Below, piece by piece: positions 59,018 through 64,000 of a DNA stretch of 64,000 bases. Each line of letters opens with the position of its first letter. Positions within the stretch are counted from its first letter, which is position 1. This stretch comes from Geopsychrobacteraceae bacterium (GTDB lineage Bacteria; Desulfobacterota; Desulfuromonadia; Desulfuromonadales; Geopsychrobacteraceae): contig OY759353.1 of the NCBI GenBank assembly GCA_963662315.1, forward strand, positions 4,032,001 through 4,096,000, written 5' to 3'. The notes under the pieces are model-generated. The model made no database searches, was not told the origin of the DNA, and worked only from the letters and a program-made list of their open reading frames with translations. A program made the position numbers and the translations under genes.

Positions 59018-61249
59018 ATGTATCGCGTTTTAGAAAACGAAGTGTTGGCTCCACTGGTTCACCGCATGGTCATTGAAGCACCCCGGATTGCCGCAGCACG
59101 GAAACCGGGTCAATTTGTTATTATCCGCTGTGATGAAGGGGATGAACGTATTCCGTTGACCATTGCTGATGAAAACCAGGACGCAGGCACAATTACTATT
59201 ATTGTCCAGGCCATCGGTGATGCGACCAAGAAGATCGTCAGTCGCCAGCCTGGTGAATATATCCGCGATGTTGCCGGTCCGCTGGGGAAAGCTACCGAGA
59301 TCGAAAAATTTGGCAAAGTCGTCTGTGTCGGCGGTGGTGTTGGTACGGCTGTATTGTTTCCTCTGGCCAAAGCGCTGGCTGCTGCGGGTAATGAAGTGAC
59401 CACCATCATCGGTGGCCGCAGCGAGGCCCTGGTTATCCTGCGTGAAGAACTGGGTGCTTTCAGTAAAGAGCTGCTGATTACAACTGAAGATGGTTCTCTG
59501 GGAACTAAAGGGTTTGTCACCTCTCCTCTGGAAGAGATTCTTAAGGATGATGCCCGCAAGCCAGACGCCGTTTTTGCCATTGGCCCGGTCCCGATGATGA
59601 ATGCCATCTGTCAGCAGACCAAGCCTTATGGGGTCCATACCATCGTCAGTCTCAACCCGATTATGGTTGACGGGACCGGCATGTGTGGTGGTTGCCGCGT
59701 TACCGTCAACAACCAAGTCAAGTTCGCCTGCGTCGATGGTCCTGAGTTTGACGGTCATCTGGTCGACTTCAAAGAACTGTCTGCCCGTCAGCAGCACTAT
59801 GTCAACGATCAGCATGATCGTTACGGTTGTCGTATGAATGGTGGTGGCAAGGAAAACAACCTGACCCCCAAAGAGCGGATGGCGATCCCCCGGACCAGCA
59901 TGCCCGAGCAGGATGCTCACGTTCGCGCCACCAATTTTACCGAAGTCAACCTCGGTCTGGCCGCCGAAGCCGCTGTCCAGGAAGCCAAGCGCTGCCTGCT
60001 GTGTAAAACCCGTCCCTGTGTGTCTGGTTGTCCGGTAGGCGTACGTATTCCCGACTTCCTGGCCCGCGTTGCCGAAGGCCGTTTTGATGAAGCCGCAGAG
60101 ATCCTGCGCGAAGACAATGCTCTGCCAGCAACTACCGGTCGCGTCTGTCCACAGGAAACCCAGTGTGAAGGGGTCTGTGTGCGGGGTAAAAATGGTGAGC
60201 CTGTCGCTGTCGGCTGGCTCGAACGCTTTGTCGCCGACTGGGCTGCAGAAAACATGGAAATGAAAGTACCCGATGTCACCCCGACCGGCAAAAAGGTTGC
60301 CATTATCGGTTGTGGCCCTGGTGGCCTGACTGCTGCAGGTGAACTGGCCCGCAAAGGTCATGACGTCACTGTTTTTGAAGCTCTGCATACCAGCGGTGGG
60401 GTGTTGCGCTACGGGATTCCGGAATTCCGCCTGCCGAAAAAGATTGTTGATAACGAAGTGGCGAACCTGAGCGCTTTGGGGGTCAAGTTTGAGTACAACG
60501 TCATTGTTGGTCAGACCATCACCATTCCGCAGATCATGGACGAGTTCGATTCCTGTTTCATTGCCAATGGCGCGGGTCTGCCCATCTTCCTCAACCTGCC
60601 GGGTGAGAACCTTAAAGGGGTGTATTCCTCTAACGAGTACCTGACCCGTGTCAACCTGATGGATGCCTACAAGCGTACCAGTACCACCAAGGTTGCCAGA
60701 GGTCCAGTGACCGTCGTCTTCGGTGGTGGTAACACCGCCATGGATGCGGCCCGGACCGCCAAGCGGATGGGTGAGGGACGGGTTATTCTGGCCTATCGCC
60801 GGACCAAAGAAGAAATGCCTGCCCGGGTTGAAGAGATTGCCCACGCCGAAGAAGAGGGGATCGAGTTCATGTTCCTCGTTGCTCCGCTGGCCATCGGCGG
60901 TGGCGAAGACGGTTGGGTCAAGAGTGTTAAGCTGCAGCAGATGGAACTGGGCGAGCCTGATGAATCAGGTCGTCGTCGTCCGGTGGCCATCGAAGGTGGT
61001 GAAATCGAGCTGGAAGCCGATATCGTTATCATGTCCATCGGCACTACGGCCAACCCGCTGCTGACCAGCACCTGCCCGGATCTGAAGCTGAACAAGTGGG
61101 GCAATATTATCGCTGATGAAAACCAGATGACCTCAATGCCCGGCGTTTTTGCCGGTGGTGACATCGTTCGTGGTGGCGCCACGGTTATTCTGGCCATGGG
61201 GGATGGTAAAACCGCTGCCAAGGCAATGCATGACTATTTAAGCAAGTAA
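59018..61249 (+). CDS. nfnAB: Fused NfnA-NfnB electron-bifurcating transhydrogenase (often annotated as PyrK-like/glutamate synthase small-chain fusion)
   Basis: N-half PGQFV.ERIPLTI, GGGVG, MVDGTGMCGGCR..CVDGPEF; C-half EA.RCL.C...C..GCP, GRVCPQE.QCE..C, GGGNTAMD, GGD.V.G.ATVILAM. Confidence 0.9.
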   Translation: MYRVLENEVLAPLVHRMVIEAPRIAAARKPGQFVIIRCDEGDERIPLTIADENQDAGTITIIVQAIGDATKKIVSRQPGEYIRDVAGPLGKATEIEKFGKVVCVGGGVGTAVLFPLAKALAAAGNEVTTIIGGRSEALVILREELGAFSKELLITTEDGSLGTKGFVTSPLEEILKDDARKPDAVFAIGPVPMMNAICQQTKPYGVHTIVSLNPIMVDGTGMCGGCRVTVNNQVKFACVDGPEFDGHLVDFKELSARQQHYVNDQHDRYGCRMNGGGKENNLTPKERMAIPRTSMPEQDAHVRATNFTEVNLGLAAEAAVQEAKRCLLCKTRPCVSGCPVGVRIPDFLARVAEGRFDEAAEILREDNALPATTGRVCPQETQCEGVCVRGKNGEPVAVGWLERFVADWAAENMEMKVPDVTPTGKKVAIIGCGPGGLTAAGELARKGHDVTVFEALHTSGGVLRYGIPEFRLPKKIVDNEVANLSALGVKFEYNVIVGQTITIPQIMDEFDSCFIANGAGLPIFLNLPGENLKGVYSSNEYLTRVNLMDAYKRTSTTKVARGPVTVVFGGGNTAMDAARTAKRMGEGRVILAYRRTKEEMPARVEEIAHAEEEGIEFMFLVAPLAIGGGEDGWVKSVKLQQMELGEPDESGRRRPVAIEGGEIELEADIVIMSIGTTANPLLTSTCPDLKLNKWGNIIADENQMTSMPGVFAGGDIVRGGATVILAMGDGKTAAKAMHDYLSK

Positions 61250-61270
61250 TCGCTTGTTTATCCGCCAAAC

Positions 61271-61302
61271 AAAAAGGGCCGCTGCTGCAGTGGCCCTTTT
61301 TT
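61271..61302 (+). terminator. Intrinsic terminator after nfnAB
   Basis: aaaaagggccgctg / cagtggcccttttt. Confidence 0.8.
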
Positions 61303-61319
61303 ATTTATACTCGTCTTCT

Positions 61320-61359
61320 TCTTACAATTCTCTGACACAAGCCTTATCTGTTTCCAACA
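61320..61359 (+). promoter_or_regulatory. Pho-box-like 11-bp-period direct repeats
   Basis: CTTACA (61321), CTGACA (61332), CTTATC (61343), CCAACA (61354). Confidence 0.45.
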
Positions 61360-61413
61360 TTGATTTTATTAAGTTACCAGCTTGGATAATAACTTAATCT
61401 GTGGAGGAAATTG

Positions 61414-63171
61414 ATGAAACGTAAATGTGTTCTGATACTGTTCGCTTTCTGTAGTGTGGGCCTCTCTCTGTTGGCAGGGTGTGCTGATGATGGCGATAAC
61501 GGCGCTGATGGGAATAATACAGCGGACCAGGTCGTCTCCCTGAAATATCTGGCCAGCACCGAATCACGCGGGTTCGATGCCAGTGCTGCAGAGATTGTCG
61601 CTTTTGATGCTGTTCATGAGAAAATGCTGGTGGTTAATGCTGATAATGGCAAGGTTGATGTTTTTAATGCCAGTGATCTGAGTGATCCTTCCCTTGATGA
61701 AACCATCGATATTCAGCAGCTGCTGGTTGCCAATGGAGATGCGACAAGCGCCGCTGTTGTCGGTGCAGTCAACAGTGTTGCCTGTAACGGCAATCTGGTC
61801 GCCGTGGCAGTCGAGGCCAATCCGAAGACCGATAATGGCTGGGTCGTGATTATCAATGCAACGACTTATGCTTACATTGATGCTGTTCAGGTTGGTGCGC
61901 TGCCTGATATGGTGACCTTTACCCCTGATGGCAACAAGATTGTTGTGGCCAACGAAGGTGAGCCGAATGAAGGTTACAGCGTCGATCCGGAAGGTTCTGT
62001 CAGCGTTATTGCCACCAGCGATTACTCGGTGACCAATATTACTTTTACTGACGCTGACCTGCCAGCAAATGCCGCTACCAGGATGATTATCGATGGTTAC
62101 AGTGGCGCTGCTTCCCAGGGTTACAAAGCAAGCGTTGCTCAGAGTCTTGAACCTGAATACCTCACTGTAAGCAGCGACAGTTCCACCGCTTATGTTGTCC
62201 TGCAGGAAAATAACGCCATTGCTGTTATCGATCTGACATCCAACAGGGTTGAAAGAATCTTTGGCCTGGGCTTCAAAGATCACTCTATTCCGGGCAATGA
62301 GCTGGATGCCAGCCAGAAGGATGGCGTCAATATTCAAAGTCTTCCGGTCATGGGCATATACATGCCCGATGCCATTGCCAGTTACACCGTGGCCGGTAAA
62401 ACCTACCTGATTACCGCCAACGAAGGTGATTCCCGTGAAGATTGGCTAAACGGTATTACTGACCAGACCAGTTGTGAAACGGCCGGTTACTTCTTTTCTG
62501 CCGATGATGGTATCTGCGTCGATGAATTTTCTGCCAAAGATTACTATGACAGCGATAATGTCACATTGGTTGACAGCGAAGGAAATCCCTATTTTGCGAC
62601 CAGAGGTGGTTTTGGCGAAGATAATCAACTGCGGCGTCTGAAGTTTTCTTACTTCACCACGGTCGCTATGAACGGTGGCACTGAGTTTGAAAAGCTGTAT
62701 GCCTATGGTGCGCGCTCCTTCTCCATCTGGGATGCTGAGACCGGACTTCAGGTGTTTGATTCTGCCAGTGATTTCGAAGTCCTGACCGCACAGATCTATG
62801 GCAGCGATTTTAACAACGATAATGCTGAAAATACCGGTGATGACCGGAGCGACAACAAGGGCCCTGAGCCGGAAGGCGTGGCGGTTGGTGCTATTAATGG
62901 TCACACCTATGCTTTTGTCGGACTTGAGCGAATGGGCGGGGTTATGGTCTATGATGTTTCCAATCCGTATGCTCCAGAGTACGTTATGTACACCAACAAT
63001 CGTGATGTTGCGACTGACAATATCGAAGCCGCGGGTGATCTCGGCCCAGAAGGAATTACTTTTGTTTCAGCAGCAGACAGCCCGAACGGATCTCCCTTGG
63101 TTCTGGTTGCCAACGAAGTCAGTGGCACAGTTGCGGTTTATCAGATCGACGTGACCTTGTTGGAAAAATAA
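61414..63171 (+). CDS. Choice-of-anchor I family (alkaline-phosphatase-associated beta-propeller) lipoprotein
   Basis: Lipobox LAGC; VGALPDMVTFTPDG, ANEGEP, EPEY, PDAIA, ANEGD.R, RSDNKGPEPE, GDLGPEG, NEVSG. Confidence 0.85.
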   Translation: MKRKCVLILFAFCSVGLSLLAGCADDGDNGADGNNTADQVVSLKYLASTESRGFDASAAEIVAFDAVHEKMLVVNADNGKVDVFNASDLSDPSLDETIDIQQLLVANGDATSAAVVGAVNSVACNGNLVAVAVEANPKTDNGWVVIINATTYAYIDAVQVGALPDMVTFTPDGNKIVVANEGEPNEGYSVDPEGSVSVIATSDYSVTNITFTDADLPANAATRMIIDGYSGAASQGYKASVAQSLEPEYLTVSSDSSTAYVVLQENNAIAVIDLTSNRVERIFGLGFKDHSIPGNELDASQKDGVNIQSLPVMGIYMPDAIASYTVAGKTYLITANEGDSREDWLNGITDQTSCETAGYFFSADDGICVDEFSAKDYYDSDNVTLVDSEGNPYFATRGGFGEDNQLRRLKFSYFTTVAMNGGTEFEKLYAYGARSFSIWDAETGLQVFDSASDFEVLTAQIYGSDFNNDNAENTGDDRSDNKGPEPEGVAVGAINGHTYAFVGLERMGGVMVYDVSNPYAPEYVMYTNNRDVATDNIEAAGDLGPEGITFVSAADSPNGSPLVLVANEVSGTVAVYQIDVTLLEK

Positions 63172-63199
63172 CCATATTTTATAATAATAACAGGTGGTT

Positions 63200-63232
63200 A
63201 AAAAGACGGGCTGTGTTTAGCCCGTCTTTTTT
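63200..63232. terminator. Bidirectional intrinsic terminator
   Basis: aaaaagacgggct-gtgttt-agcccgtctttttt between convergent genes. Confidence 0.85.
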
Positions 63233-63335
63233 GCGCTGAGAAGATGTTTCCTGTACGGGGGTAATTGGTTAGGCAAAATGCTGAGGCGTATTAAAGTCGT
63301 TGCTATGATGAACCTTCTTTAAATCGTGAGTGGTG

Positions 63336-63791
63336 TTAACGTTTTTGCTGATGCTGGGCCAGCAGTTTGTCCAGTTGACCGGCAAAGTACTGGCGGTCTT
63401 TTTTACTGAACGCTGCCGGTCCCCCGGACTCTATGCCGACAGCCCGTAAGGTGTCGAAAAAATCCCGCATATTGAGGCGTTCCCGGATATTTTCCGGAGT
63501 ATAAAGCTCGCCACGCGGATTCAGTGCCTGCCCTTGTTTACTGATAACTTCTGCAGCCAGGGGGATGTCAGCGGTAATGACCAGATCTCCCGGGCACAGG
63601 TTGCGGACAATTTCATTATCGGCCACATCAAAACCTGGGGGGACCAGAATAAAGCTGATGTTTTGCCCCCGAGGCACCTTCATCTGATGATTTGCGACCA
63701 GGGTTAACGGTATGCCAGTTCGCTCGGCAGCACGGAACAGGATTTCCTTGATTACGCCCGGGCAGGCATCGGCATCGACCCATATTTTCAT
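63336..63791 (-). CDS. yaiI: YaiI/YqxD family protein (DUF188)
   Basis: [32 protein letters not shown]. Confidence 0.92.
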   Translation of the reverse strand: MKIWVDADACPGVIKEILFRAAERTGIPLTLVANHQMKVPRGQNISFILVPPGFDVADNEIVRNLCPGDLVITADIPLAAEVISKQGQALNPRGELYTPENIRERLNMRDFFDTLRAVGIESGGPAAFSKKDRQYFAGQLDKLLAQHQQKR

Positions 63792-63826
63792 GTTTACTTC
63801 CTTTGTGGGAAACGAGGCACGCCAAT

Positions 63827-64000
63827 TCAGGCGATTTTTTCCGAATAGGTGAAGGAGAGATCAAAAAGATTTAAAAAATTGTCCACCAGCCGGTATGTGA
63901 TCCCCCACAATGGACGGGAGCTCCATTCGTTGAGATGAACCACGGGATGCTGGCGGTCTGTTCCGCGATGAAAAAAGTGCATGTGCCTGTTGCGTTGCGG
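63827..64000 (-). CDS. 3' end of a probable Nudix (CoA pyrophosphatase-like) hydrolase, partial
   Basis: Manual translation ...[15 protein letters not shown]...EKIA* resembles the WG.T C-terminal motif; cut by the window edge. Confidence 0.55.
   Translation of the reverse strand, partial: PQRNRHMHFFHRGTDRQHPVVHLNEWSSRPLWGITYRLVDNFLNLFDLSFTYSEKIA

Noticed and set aside
59030..60844. 604-aa antisense ORF
   Set aside because: Lies entirely opposite nfnAB and has no recognisable motifs; typical shadow of a codon-biased gene.
61564..62337. 257-aa antisense ORF
   Set aside because: Shadow of the choice-of-anchor I gene; no motifs.

Overview
A 64-kb chromosomal window from an anaerobic deltaproteobacterium; gene content (Ehr complex, A2-type cytochrome c oxidase, fused NfnAB, many sigma54 and c-di-GMP regulators) suggests Desulfuromonadales, by inference. 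From left to right: (1) 0.2-13.1 kb: a sigma54-driven CitMHS transporter, an AtuA-like (DUF1446) protein and its small partner, followed by thiolase and acetoacetate CoA-transferase (atoB-atoD-atoA). Then atoS-atoC-atoE and a second, 2.65-kb near-identical atoBDA copy. (2) 13.1-18.6 kb: cytochrome c oxidase operon. (3) 18.8-21 kb: slyX, rhodanese, MauE/DoxX and a KamA-family radical SAM gene. (4) 21-33.4 kb: two-component and c-di-GMP signalling genes with two eroded remnants. (5) 33.5-41.3 kb: transporters, a photolyase whose stop codon is interrupted by a 180-bp MITE, a PQQ sugar dehydrogenase and a radical SAM/SPASM protein. (6) 41.3-52.4 kb: two divergent HTH/PTS-IIA paralogues heading an energy-converting hydrogenase-related (Ehr) operon that lacks NiFe ligands. 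(7) 52.4-64 kb: SDR/GntR pair, ilvB with an unannotated Ile/Leu/Val leader-peptide attenuator, a hydrolase, ackA with a long structured leader, fused nfnAB, a phosphatase-like lipoprotein with Pho-box-like repeats, yaiI and a partial Nudix gene. I found no rRNA, tRNA, CRISPR array or transposase. The best candidates for undescribed biology are the CitMHS/AtuA-like/ato pathway (hypothesis: cleavage of a 3-hydroxy-3-methylglutarate-like acid to acetoacetate) and the twin HTH-PTS-IIA control of the Ehr complex. All calls come from reading motifs by eye; no database searches were run.
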